From the NCBI GenBank assembly GCA_013115145.1, contig JAAPAO010000052.1, forward strand, positions 1 through 64,000: a stretch of DNA of 64,000 nucleotides. The letters run 5' to 3'. The notes below the pieces were generated by a model. That model was not told the origin of the DNA. It made no database searches and saw nothing but the letters and a program-made list of their open reading frames with translations. Made by a program: the position numbers and the translations under genes. The stretch comes from Perkinsus chesapeaki ATCC PRA-425. Taxonomy: Eukaryota > Protista > Perkinsozoa. Below, piece after piece: positions 24,597 through 35,794 of the stretch. The first letter of the stretch is position 1. Each line of letters starts with the position of its first letter.

Positions 24597-25519
24597 AGAT
24601 ACTCGGTACTGAGCCGCAGCACAACATTTAGTATGAATGTACCTGGGGTAGCGGTTCCCACTTGCCACTTATCTTCCATTTTTGCCCTTCTTGGTTCCCT
24701 ATCTATCACACAGATGTTAGTGTGTTTCTGGCATAGATGCATTGGCAATGAATCAAGATTTTGAACAGAGTACTACTATAATAGTTGCAGTATGACTATT
24801 CATCTATCGTAGACTCTGTAGGTCATGTCTTTACACCCGTTTACGGAGCTTTAAACTCTTCCCATTTAGTCCTGGATATTCTCAATTTATTCGAATCTCT
24901 TAAGTTCATAGTCAATGAGAGTTTGGGCCTGGGCCGGTATGCGGATCGTGATCCACGCGTGATCCTGAGAAAAAGATCATGCAAAAAGATTGACGCAATG
25001 ATTTTCTGGCGTGAACCTCATCTTTTAGCTCAGATCAATTAATTTGGGATCATGCATCGGGATCACAGATCATTCGGTTTGCAAAAGTGCTGTGAGGCTT
25101 TGGGAAGAATACACTTAACATCGGCACTGAGACGAGTATGTAGTTCATAGTCGTGGGGCCCCTACCCAAAGACCCTCCGCGGTTGTACCTGTAGTTCTGC
25201 TTCCGTGTAATGACTCGTGTTATTGGTCGTGATACTCAGGTCCGGATGGCATGATTGGCAAGCGGTAGAGGCTTGCTACAATTTCGTACCTCAACTTCGT
25301 TGTGCTTCGGCCCAGCTCCTATGGTCAGACCTGCGTATTCAACACGGATAGCAACTGTAATAATGACCAGAACAGGTCATTTTTGACTGGGCGAGAAGAG
25401 TATTGGCTGGACTGCTCTGCCCAAGAGAAAGCTGTTTCATGTGATATAACACTACTGTGGGTTCTAGATGTTGATAGCTCACCAGTGATAAGGCACCAAT
25501 AGTTAAGTCCCGCACATAC

Positions 25520-25560
25520 GGTATATGACTCTGGTATATGATATACCCGAGTCATATGCC
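25520..25560. repeat. Intergenic hairpin
   Basis: atatgactc-t-ggtata-tga-tatacc-c-gagtcatat: 9+6-bp stem with a 3-nt loop. Confidence 0.8.
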
Positions 25561-26482
25561 TCATTTGGTATACCTCATCTGTCCATACCAGAAGGGCATT
25601 TTCGACATAGATCTACCGTTCTCGGTGAGAAGTTCGAGCGTCTATGGTCTTCCGACTATATTTCAGTAGGGGCTTGTAACAAGCCGCTTGTTTCGGCATG
25701 CAAAGTGCACAACGTCATGAGGCTCTATGATTCACGGCATGGATGAGGTCTTGGGGGGCCTCGACAGCCACAAGATAATGAATCCAGAATCACAACGAAG
25801 AGCTTAAGCTTCGCTTAATCGGGAGATCGATTAATCGAATGCTCAATCAGCAGAGCTGAGGGTTATTCCGCTGTCCAGTCCTCATCCGCGTTCTCGAAGA
25901 CCGGAGCCGATTCCGTAAATGGGATTCTAGGATCAATTTCGGGCTTGAAAGTTTAGCACGGGCGCGGGGCTCGAATCGAACGGTCTACATTGTTCGTTAC
26001 CGCCGGAATGTGACTGTTGAGATGGAGCAACCTGGCTAGGCCAAGGTCGCAAGCTTGACCGGAAAAGATCCCGGGTAGTCGTAAGCTGCTTATATTTTGG
26101 GGTGGAGAAAGTAGGTGTAACGCATCGACTTGGCTATTAGGGTGCTTGAGCCAAGCACTCCCCCTCTAAGATCTCTAGCGAAGACAGATTCTCACCGTCC
26201 TCAGTTTACAGCTAAATTCGGGCTGCAGCCCGCCACGTTGTTGGATCTGTGACCTCCGCAGGGTTTGTAGCCGAAACACGCGAATAGTGTAAGCGGGGGA
26301 AGAGCCGTATGGTGTTGTAAGTCGGGTAACGCATACCTAGATCCCTCAGAATTGTTATCTGTACTCAATCGCCTACGTGCCAAGGAGCATGCGTGACTGT
26401 CTCCGGATATGTCCTTCGAGGCGAGCGAGGGGATAATTGGATTACTACAGCTGCCCAACTCAGTTTAAACCCTTCTTTTTAG

Positions 26483-28132
26483 ATGGGTTCTGAAATGATT
26501 TTCTTTTTCCTAGTGTTGCAGACGTCAGTGGTCGAGAGTTCACGTATTCGCTTCATTGTTAATGTAACAACGTATCTTGATCTCGGTATTAAAGACCACA
26601 GGAAGGATGCAACGCCTTGTTGGTTGTCATCGGCCAGGAATACAGAAGGCCTCACTTTACCTGGAATGGACTATAAGACGATATCAATGATTCAGGAAGT
26701 GACTGTGGAAGACGGTGCTCGTTATACTGTCACTGCAATGCCAAACTATCCATATCAATACTTTATGACTACAGAGACTTCAAATCATACCCGCCTGGAG
26801 CAGCTCTTCGGAAACGAGGCAATTTTAGTCTCCACCGGCGGCCCTGAAGCCGACGTGGTTAATATGAAAGCCGATTGGTCCAAGGAGGCCCTGCTCGGTG
26901 ATGGCTGGGTGTATGAGACCAATGTAACATTTGACAACCGCAACCTCAAGCGTTGGACCAAAACTGTTGAGGAGTTCGACAACGAGTCAGGCTTTAATCA
27001 TTCTGCTTTATGTCATTCTGGTGTTGGTCCAAATCGTTGGTATCTCCTAACCGATGAGAATGACCATCCAGTTAGGTCTGATGCAATCAACACTTGTAAA
27101 GAGCAGCTCCACCAAACGGCGGAGTTTAGCAAGTTTGAGGTCGGCGTGTCACTTGCTAGCTCTGCCTTCACCACTAAAGAAGATATCTTCTATCGCTATG
27201 ATATCTCCCCGGCAAGAAAATTACGAGACTCAGCAGAGAGGTTAGCACCGCCTGTCGGTCGACTGTATTTAAACAAAGCAGTGCCACACCCAACCTCTGA
27301 GACGCATCTTGGTTATGTTAAAGGCTGGGAAGGGTCTGATTGGTTATCCAATAGGCAACTGCGTGGGGAGAAGAAAGACAGGATCAACTATTTCACAGTT
27401 GAAGAGGGCACGGCATCCTACAGTTACTTCTATGCCGACCACCAGAGGCAACTGGTTGAACTGGTCAAATTTATGTTTCCAACTACTTGCCGAGATAAGC
27501 CGACGGGTTATTCCTTTTGCTTGTACATAGAGGTGACTGATGTTATACGAGGAATGCGTGACTTATCAGTGAACGCTGGCTTCAGCATTGTCGATGTCGC
27601 AAAACCGAATATAGAGGTTACGCTGAGGCTCTTCTTCCAGGGAGCTTTCGACTCGGAGAACCACTTGTTCGACCTCGTTCTTGGTCTACAGGCTCAAGGA
27701 TGTGCTATTGTGTGGCAGCTCGGTGAAGGTATCGCACTCTATGCTGCTGTTTGTATAGATGGTCGGGCCAGAGTGGAACATCCCGAATCACCGAACCGTG
27801 TGATCGACGTCCGCATAGCTATGTCATTGACTGTTGGAGTTTCCATGCCAGTAATCGGGGACTTGGCCGACATCACGTTGCAAGGTGCTCTCACCGCCAC
27901 CATAGACAAGAACATATCTGCAACTGCTTCCGTCATGTTAATCAAGTCTTTGCTGGTGGCGGGTGTCGGACTGGGAATAAGTGTGACTGGAATGACTAGT
28001 AACCTTGACATGAAGACCTGGGACTGGAGTATGGGATTCGACCTACTGTGTTGGGTGAATGTTCTTTTCTGGAAGCATACTTGGAGTAAGACCTATAAAA
28101 TATTCGACACTGGTCCGATCCACATGCGATGA
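26483..28132 (+). CDS. Intronless 549-aa lineage-specific protein, copy 2
   Basis: Same length as copy 1. I count 16 aa differences (about 97% identity). Confidence 0.85.
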   Translation: MGSEMIFFFLVLQTSVVESSRIRFIVNVTTYLDLGIKDHRKDATPCWLSSARNTEGLTLPGMDYKTISMIQEVTVEDGARYTVTAMPNYPYQYFMTTETSNHTRLEQLFGNEAILVSTGGPEADVVNMKADWSKEALLGDGWVYETNVTFDNRNLKRWTKTVEEFDNESGFNHSALCHSGVGPNRWYLLTDENDHPVRSDAINTCKEQLHQTAEFSKFEVGVSLASSAFTTKEDIFYRYDISPARKLRDSAERLAPPVGRLYLNKAVPHPTSETHLGYVKGWEGSDWLSNRQLRGEKKDRINYFTVEEGTASYSYFYADHQRQLVELVKFMFPTTCRDKPTGYSFCLYIEVTDVIRGMRDLSVNAGFSIVDVAKPNIEVTLRLFFQGAFDSENHLFDLVLGLQAQGCAIVWQLGEGIALYAAVCIDGRARVEHPESPNRVIDVRIAMSLTVGVSMPVIGDLADITLQGALTATIDKNISATASVMLIKSLLVAGVGLGISVTGMTSNLDMKTWDWSMGFDLLCWVNVLFWKHTWSKTYKIFDTGPIHMR

Positions 28133-29257
28133 AGATACTCGGTACTGAGCCGCAGCACAACATTTAGTAGACGATATCTCGGGTAGAGGTTTCCGCCTCA
28201 CACGAATTGTCCCTTTGTACCCTTCTTGACTCCCTATCTACCACACAAGTGTCAGTGTGTTTCTGACGTAGATGTATGGTTCTTTACATAATACTACTAT
28301 AAATGTAGCCGTATGACTACTTACCGTAGATTGTTCATGTTGTTCGCATCTACAGACATCAGTATACGAAGTTTCGCCCTGTTCCCATCTGTTGGTTGTT
28401 TATCCAACGTCCAATGTATCCAAAGCCCTCGAGTTAATGTGAGTTCTGAGGGCTTGGGCCTGCTAGGCATAACAATCACGCTCTTTCATCCTGTCTTAGA
28501 AATCCGTCCGAAGACGGGGGTGTTGGATTAACTCGAGATTCGATGGACGAACCTTTGGCTTGTGCCTCCGTAGCGAAGCTTCCTACTTGATTTGCTTTAT
28601 CTTGAAGATTAGCATCAGGCATTGTTCGAGTATTCTCGGGTTCCTCGACAAGTGCAGAGTGTGCTTGCTCACACACGCGCCAACGGGTGTAGCCACTCCG
28701 TGCAGTTTGCACGACACCTCCTGTCCCTTCGACTATGATGTGTATGTACCATTGGCTGTCCGCAACCTAAAGCGGTTGTTTTTTTCTGTTTGGCATGTGG
28801 GGGAGGTCGAGTGCGAGTGTGTTTTGCTCCATGAACCCTTTAACTGTCGCGTGCAGGAGTGATAGCGGATAAGTCATGCTCACATGGGAAAAATAAAGTT
28901 CGGTTCTTTTGCTTTTCATCTCATTAGACTCGATACCTTTGACAGCACACATCTCCTTGTAAGACTTCTGATCGTAAAGTAATACTGAATCTTATGTTGT
29001 GTCAATATTAGTTTGATACCTCTGCTGTGGTGTATATCGCGAGCATGTCGACACCAAACTCAACGGCATTTCTTGTTTTTCTCCGTAATTGGGCATAGGT
29101 GTACTGGTAATTTTATCAAGTCAGTCTTTACTTGGGGACGCCATAAGATATTGTTCATGTGGTTTGACACTACAGAACCCAGAATTGCATCATCGGACTG
29201 AGACCCGTGATCAAATGGCACGTATACATATCAAAAGGAATAAACGACTAGGAAGTA

Positions 29258-30321
29258 CTATTCTTTCTTCTCGCCACTGGGTACTAGTTCACTCGTACGC
29301 ATTTGATACGTACCTGATATAAAAGGTGTTTGAAGAGGGAGGGAGGCCGAAGGAATCACCATGAAGATAGTCAAGAATACCAAGCACCCCATAGTTGCAC
29401 GTAAACCGCTCATGATGAAGATCATGCATTTCTGCGTTCATAACCTGACATGCAATTATCCAAACCCGAGCAAGTTGGTACCGAAGTGAAGCTGTAGCCT
29501 GAGTGTGATACCAACGTATTCACGTATGCAAGGCACTGCCACAACATGAAGGTGAGTATCTGTTGCAAAGTCGGGAATGAACAAAAAGAGATGGTTTCCT
29601 GTTTACATGGGACTGCATCATAATGGGCCCGGCGAGTATCGGTGTTATATTAACTAGTAGGTGTTCAACTGGATGAGCGTAAATAGCTTGAAAAGGGACA
29701 GGGGCGGTGAACCTGCTTAAGTAGTATGAAGTTGGTATTGTGTTGGATTATTTAATTGCCTATGATGCATCTTATGTATGGCCTTATAAGCCGCCTTCCA
29801 TTCATGAAACAGCCTATGTAAGTAGTAGAACAGTATCTCTTCTATTATCATAAACACAACGAAGTCTCGACATACTGTCTGGTACTCTGGTAATTTCCCC
29901 CTTATAAAACCTAAAAATGAAAAACACCATCAGTCCATCAAAAGCACACATGTTGATAGTAGCCTACTATCATCGGTTAAGTACATTAAAGTGGCGTATC
30001 TGAATAACACGGGCTGAAGAGAATAGTCAGTAATGGTGGTAGTGATGCTACGCAAATATATTTCCATAAAGCCACGCCATGATGACAACCGACATTCCGG
30101 CGAATATGGAAGGATGTCCTTTTTTAGGCTGCAACTTCCCTTGCTTCCAATGAAGAATCTAAACACCAGCAAGTAGTTAGCTCACTGGTAGTAGCGCTAG
30201 CAGTCTGATTGATTACTGTAGGTATCGATAACAGGAATCCTGTACCGAAGAACATGATATGGCTCCAAGGGCCCAGCAGAACCATGATTATAGTTGCTTT
30301 AGTCCACATGTCGTTATCCAT
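29258..30321 (-). CDS. Fatty-acid hydroxylase superfamily protein (FAXDC2/ERG25-like), paralog 1
   Basis: Three His boxes after splicing: FYYLHRLFH, IHKMHH|RFTAP...YAHPVEH, HSGY...[14 protein letters not shown]. Includes a GC-AG intron. Confidence 0.9.
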
Positions 30322-30672
30322 AAACGTTTTAGTATACCATGGATAAATGTTTCTAAAACGAGTTAGATACCAATTATATCGAACTGGGGCGCCGCCGCCG
30401 CCTCACCTCTCGGCAATGTGGACAACTAGCTTTAGCGAGAATAAGAATATCGCTACATGTGATAGGTTATACCCAACCTTAGTTCGTATCTAATCGACTG
30501 GTTAAATGGGGATATATAGGACAAGTTACTAATGCTGGAGATGTATGTGTAGTGACCACGGTAGACATGATCAAATACTATTAATACTATATTGCATCAC
30601 CCTTTGCATATGCACATATGGAAGTAACACAACTGAGCAGATGGACGTAACAGAATCAAGAAATGGCCGCTT

Positions 30673-32100
30673 CTATTTAGACTCGTTCTCATCATGTCTC
30701 AGACAAGTACCGTCTGCTGCTGCTGCTATAGATGATCCATCATCAAGCTTTATATCATATGTTCCTAGGGAGCACCACAGTGGCTGTTGCTTCTTGGTTA
30801 AGTTGAATGATCTCACCGTGAATGTAGTCCATTAGACCTATCTCTCCATAATTGCAATTAAAGCGTTCGTGGTGTAGATCATGTAAGGCAGAGTTGAAGG
30901 ACTAAAAATACCTTACTGCAGCAAATGGCTTGGCTACAGGCATCTCCATACACAAGACGACAGCCGATATTTGGTTTCTAGATTGGGAGGCCAAGTTGGC
31001 CTCCTAATCCGGCCTAGTATAGCTGGCCTGGCCAACTTATCAAAGGCAAGTGATACTACCATCTTGAAGCACACAAGACTGGTACTTGTGGTATACTAAT
31101 ATGCTATAACTGTTCTATAGCACACAAAGGGTGGTGGCAGTAGTTACTATATGGGTTACCTGAAGATATGCATATCCAGAGTGAGCCACCAGTGTGCTAA
31201 GCAAGGCACTTTGTAACCAGAAGCCCGTTATCAGAACCTGACTATGCTACAAAACCCGAAACATATTCATTATTAACCTACGTGGCTCTTTAAGAGCAAT
31301 GGGCCTGCTATGAGAGGAAGGAGGTTCGAGAATATGTGTTCTATGGGATGAGCGTATGTTGATTGAAACGGCACTGGATTAGTATATCTAAGATGGTGAC
31401 GGTAGATTACGGTGGGGGGGACGGGCATCTGAGGTTACCTGTGATGTATCTTATGGATATGTTTATAAAGTATACCAGTATGAAACAGTCGATGGGTGTA
31501 GAAGAATGCTATCTCGGTAATTAGGATGCATATAAACATATGCCACACTAGCTCATCGGATGTTGGTAGACGTTCTACGAATCCTGACAATGTAGTAATT
31601 CAAACAAGCAGGTTGTTTCTAACCTACTCTCTCTATCCATAATCCTTGTGAAGGCAAAGTAGCTGAACGGAAGTTAAAAGCACGTACGGCTACCATTCAG
31701 TGATACCTTAACACGTTGGCCATGCCCCAATTGAGAAGGACTCTCTTGAACCCGGCAAAGATAGATGGGAATGGTTTAGTCTTTTGAAACCTTCCTTTTT
31801 GAACATGGAATACCTAGAACAACATTGGAGATAGTAAGGGGGTAGACTTACTGTAGGTAAGGATATCATAAGCCCCATTCCGAAATAGGTTATAAGAGCC
31901 CATGGAGCAAGAAGGAATAATAAACAATCATCCACACTCCAAGCCGCATCAATCACTCTTGACTGGAAGGTAGGATATAGGTAACTAGTATACTAAGGGT
32001 AGATGGTAACAAGGATACGGGTTCACATCTCTGCAAATTGCTGGACAAATCTTACACCAAATAACGCTATAATAAGGTGCGATAGATTATAACCGACCGT
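30673..32100 (-). CDS. Fatty-acid hydroxylase superfamily protein (FAXDC2/ERG25-like), paralog 2
   Basis: [15 protein letters not shown]|RYTNP...YAHPIEH, HSGY...[14 protein letters not shown]. The start codon is uncertain (upstream exon near 32050-32250). Confidence 0.85.
30981..31009. repeat. 14-bp-arm palindrome with 1-nt centre inside a 258-nt intron
   Basis: gattgggaggccaa-g-ttggcctcctaatc. Confidence 0.85.
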
Positions 32101-32469
32101 GGTACGGATCTGAAAAACACGCTCTTGCCGATGAATCTTGCGCTGCTGTGGAAACGATCCTGTGGTCAAAGCAATGGTTACCAGCCGATTCGAAGGCCTC
32201 TGTGTGATGTTGCTCGGAATCACCCCCATATTATAAATAAACTGAACGGATCTCATCCAGTCGTAAAGAAAAGAAGCATCTCGTTACAAAAGGTACAGTA
32301 CGCAAAGGCGAAAATAGAGGTTGGAAATGGCACAGGTTCAGACCCCGGGGCGTCTATTTTTATCAATTTTGTTATTTTCGACTTTAATTCCACTTTCGGG
32401 ACGGGACATGGCAGTATAGTATTATATATAGTTTGCTGGTGCTGCTGCTGCCGCTGCTGATCTTACTGT

Positions 32470-35461
32470 ATGGCTCCTCCTCCTCCTTTACCTGAAGAGT
32501 CGGCCCCTGTTGCTGTAGCATCATCCAATACCTCCTATGATACCTTACAAACCTCTATAGCTACCGATATGGAGCTTTTGCTTCCTAGACGGATAGACTT
32601 TGTAAGATCCAGTGAACAGGTATCAGCTAAGGTAGGATGTTTATGAGGGAAGTGTGGTATGGTCCATGGATTATGTGCTTAGGGTCTATCTGGCCTTGAT
32701 AAAAAGGATGCCGATAATGCACCACAAAGGCCTAATAAATGGGTATTTAGGGAAGGGGCGTTGAATGAATATCAAGGATGGAGGACATCTAAGTCGTAGG
32801 GATAGTAGTAACCATAGATATAATGGAAATGTATTAGTTATGGTGCTGGATTAAGGAATCAAGGGAACACTTGTTATCTCAACTCTGTATTACAATGCCT
32901 ATCTTATGTGAGCACCTTTGCTCAAGCTAGTGAGGCTAGGATACATGAGAAGACATGTGCTAGGAAGAGAGCGGTACTATATATAAATATGCATAATACA
33001 ATATAACGACGTGGCTTCATTAGGGTGTCTGGTGTGGGTTATGTAATCTAAGTAGACTAATATGTCGAATACATCAATCACATGGTGGTGGTGGATCATG
33101 CATAATCCCTACAGAGGTTATTATATAACGTATATTAACATTATAATACCCTCATCAGATATTACGTCATTTAAATATATACTTTGCTCGATTCCGTCCA
33201 GGTCGGCAAGAGGATGCCCATGATGCCTTAAGGCAGCTCATTGATACGTGTATTAGGAGTGAGGCCCTTCCACCAAAGATATCTGCCTCGGCTCAAAATA
33301 AGAAGGTGACACTTCCCCATTAATCTGTGCCTTGGAACCGCCTCTCATTAGGCTCCTTTCGTAGCACCATTGGTATCACAAACTACCATGCTAGGGCAGA
33401 TGTTTGGCTATCATACTGCTCAACGTATAACATGTGCCAATTGCGGCCACGTCTCTAGTACATTCCACTTTGATTTGGATATAAGCCTCCCTATTAATGT
33501 AAGGGTGGTGCTCTCGTATCAACCTATATTGTATCTTTCAGAGATGCCGTACACTAGATGAATGCCTCAGTCGTTATTTTGCTCCTGAAATTTTCAAAGG
33601 TAATGGCGGTGAGTGGAGTTGATGGGTAATACTATTTCGATCAGAGCAAAATGCATATAAGTGCAGTAAATGCAAACGTAACGTTACTGCTAAGAAGACT
33701 ACACGATTATATGATGCTCCTATGAATCTTACGCTTAGCTTCAAAAGATACGGATATGGTCGATTCGGTGGTCACAGGCAAAAGGTAGTTAGTAGAGATA
33801 TCGGATTAGGATTGACTGTGATGTGATAGGATGGTCATTTCGTAAAGTACGATAAAGAGCTTGACCTCACTAAGTTCATTACTAATAAAGAGGATGGCTC
33901 TAATACAGCATGTAAATATCTATTGTAAGGATGCTAATACCACCATTCGTGGGAGGGTATATAGTAGGTGGTGTTAGGTCTGGTGTACTGGTGCATTCTG
34001 GAGCTACTCCCAATCTTGGACATTATTATGCCTTTGTACGTAATCCCGCTGGCTTTTGGTACTGTTGTGATGATGAATCTGTTACACCGGTAGTAATAGT
34101 GATAAGGGTAAGGTATTAGAATGATGCTATATATAGGCAAAGGAGCATACTGTATTATCACAACAAGCTTATATACTATTTTATGAGAGAAAAAGGCAGC
34201 AACAACAACAACAGCCAACAGTAGCACCGGCTAAGGTAGCGGTGGTAGCTGAACTAATGGATAGTGGATGTTTATAGGTCTCAGTGGAGAGTGTTAAGAA
34301 TAGGAAGGCAGCAGTTCCTCCTCCTCCTCCTCCTAGTCCTTTACACCATACTTCACTCTTCTATACTACCATCACACCTGACACTCCCTCTACTACAGCA
34401 TCACGAGGTGACGTTGAGGATATGGCATCCTCCTCATCATCATCACAGGACAAGGATAAAGAGGATAAGGTGGTGATGAATTTGTGAAGTGGAGGTGGCA
34501 ATTAGTGGGCTTTCAGGACTCACCAAATAGTCGGTTAAAGCGTAGTGCATTGGAGGAGCCCGGTCATGAGGAGGAGGAGAGTAGATCACCTAAGAAGGCT
34601 AAGAAGGAGGAAGCTGGTGGAGATAAAGGTATCGGCACCGTTACATCATTATGATTATACCCAACGTGCAGTACAACGTACCCCTTGTATTGACGGTGTG
34701 CAAGAGTCTGTACTGGTCCGATTGCATCCACCTAAGTTTGAAGCTGTTGCTACTGAGGATGACTCGGATGATGATGATATGGTTGCTCCTAAGGATGACG
34801 TTATAGAGGCAGAGGAGCCCACCAAGCCCCTCAGTGAGGTAGTAATCATCATGGGTTTGGAGATTAGTTGGTGTGTAAGGTGGTGAAGCGATCGGTGATG
34901 TCGGCAAATGTTGGTATGAAAGCGAAGGAGAGAGCTAGTCTTGCTAGGAGTGTACGGTCACAGTATGGAGCTAATAAGGTGAGGGAGAGGTAGGGATGGT
35001 AGGGGTTATAGGGCCGGTGGGTTAGATATCATCATGGGATAGTGATGATGACGATGATGAGACAGAGGAGAGGAAGACTGAGAGAGAACAAGCTCGTAAC
35101 GATGCTATTATACAAGCACAGAGGAAGCTACAGCCTAAGATAGCAATGAGGGATGCACATGATAGGGAATATGACAAGGGGAAGAATAGGCATAAGGTGC
35201 ATAAGCATCAGGTTGATCGAGCTAAGGTTAGTTTTATTACCACTAATTAATATTCAAGGTGATGATGATACCCCTTTTCAGAGTAACGACTTCGCTGCTG
35301 CATACAAGCGTGCAAAGGCTAGGCTACATGGTCCAAGGAATAAACAACAGATGTTGAGAGATAGGCGAATGCAGCAAAGATGCCGACGAGGCGGCGGAGG
35401 GGGGATTGGGCATAGCCAGAAGAAGAAGACTGCTGCCGGCCCACCACCTGAGAAGAGCTGA
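32470..35461 (+). CDS. Ubiquitin-specific protease, USP36/USP42-like
   Basis: Cys box GLRNQGNTCYLNSVLQCL, QEDAHD, zinc-binding CANC and CSKC, His box LVHSGATPNLGHYYAFVR...DD, charged C-terminal tail. Confidence 0.92.
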
Positions 35462-35794
35462 GTTAATCTACACTGCTGCTGTTGCTGCTGCCATATCAGT
35501 AATTGAGTGCCTGTTGTGTCCACTACTATCACCATTGTCCATTATTATCATATTCCCTGCTCCGCCTCCTTCAGCTGCTGCTGCTGCTTGCTAACATAAT
35601 AACCATGTTGATAAGTTGTTGTTACTATTCCTTATTATTATTATTACCAACGTAAACCGACCCTGTCTTGTTGTATTTATCATTACCACTGCCCCCCTCC
35701 CTTCGATCCATCTACTGATAATACTACTACTACCTCTACGCTTGTGTTATATTGTCAATGCTTACGTAGTAGTTATGTCCCTTGTAATTGACTA

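Larger units (their letters stand above)
22890..28320 (+). repeat. Tandem segmental duplication: about 1.9-kb units at ~22890-24790 and ~26426-28320 (offset 3536 bp)
   Basis: Flanks are shared (gggataatt.gattact.cagctgcccaactcagtttaaacccttc upstream; gaagatactcggtactgagccgcagcacaacatttag downstream). Confidence 0.9.

Noticed and set aside
26145-26155. Minus-strand CTTGGCTCAAG, the 3' half of the Perkinsus spliced leader
   Set aside because: The 5' half is absent, it is not followed by a GT/GC donor or an ORF, and it sits in a small hairpin. Not an SL RNA gene.
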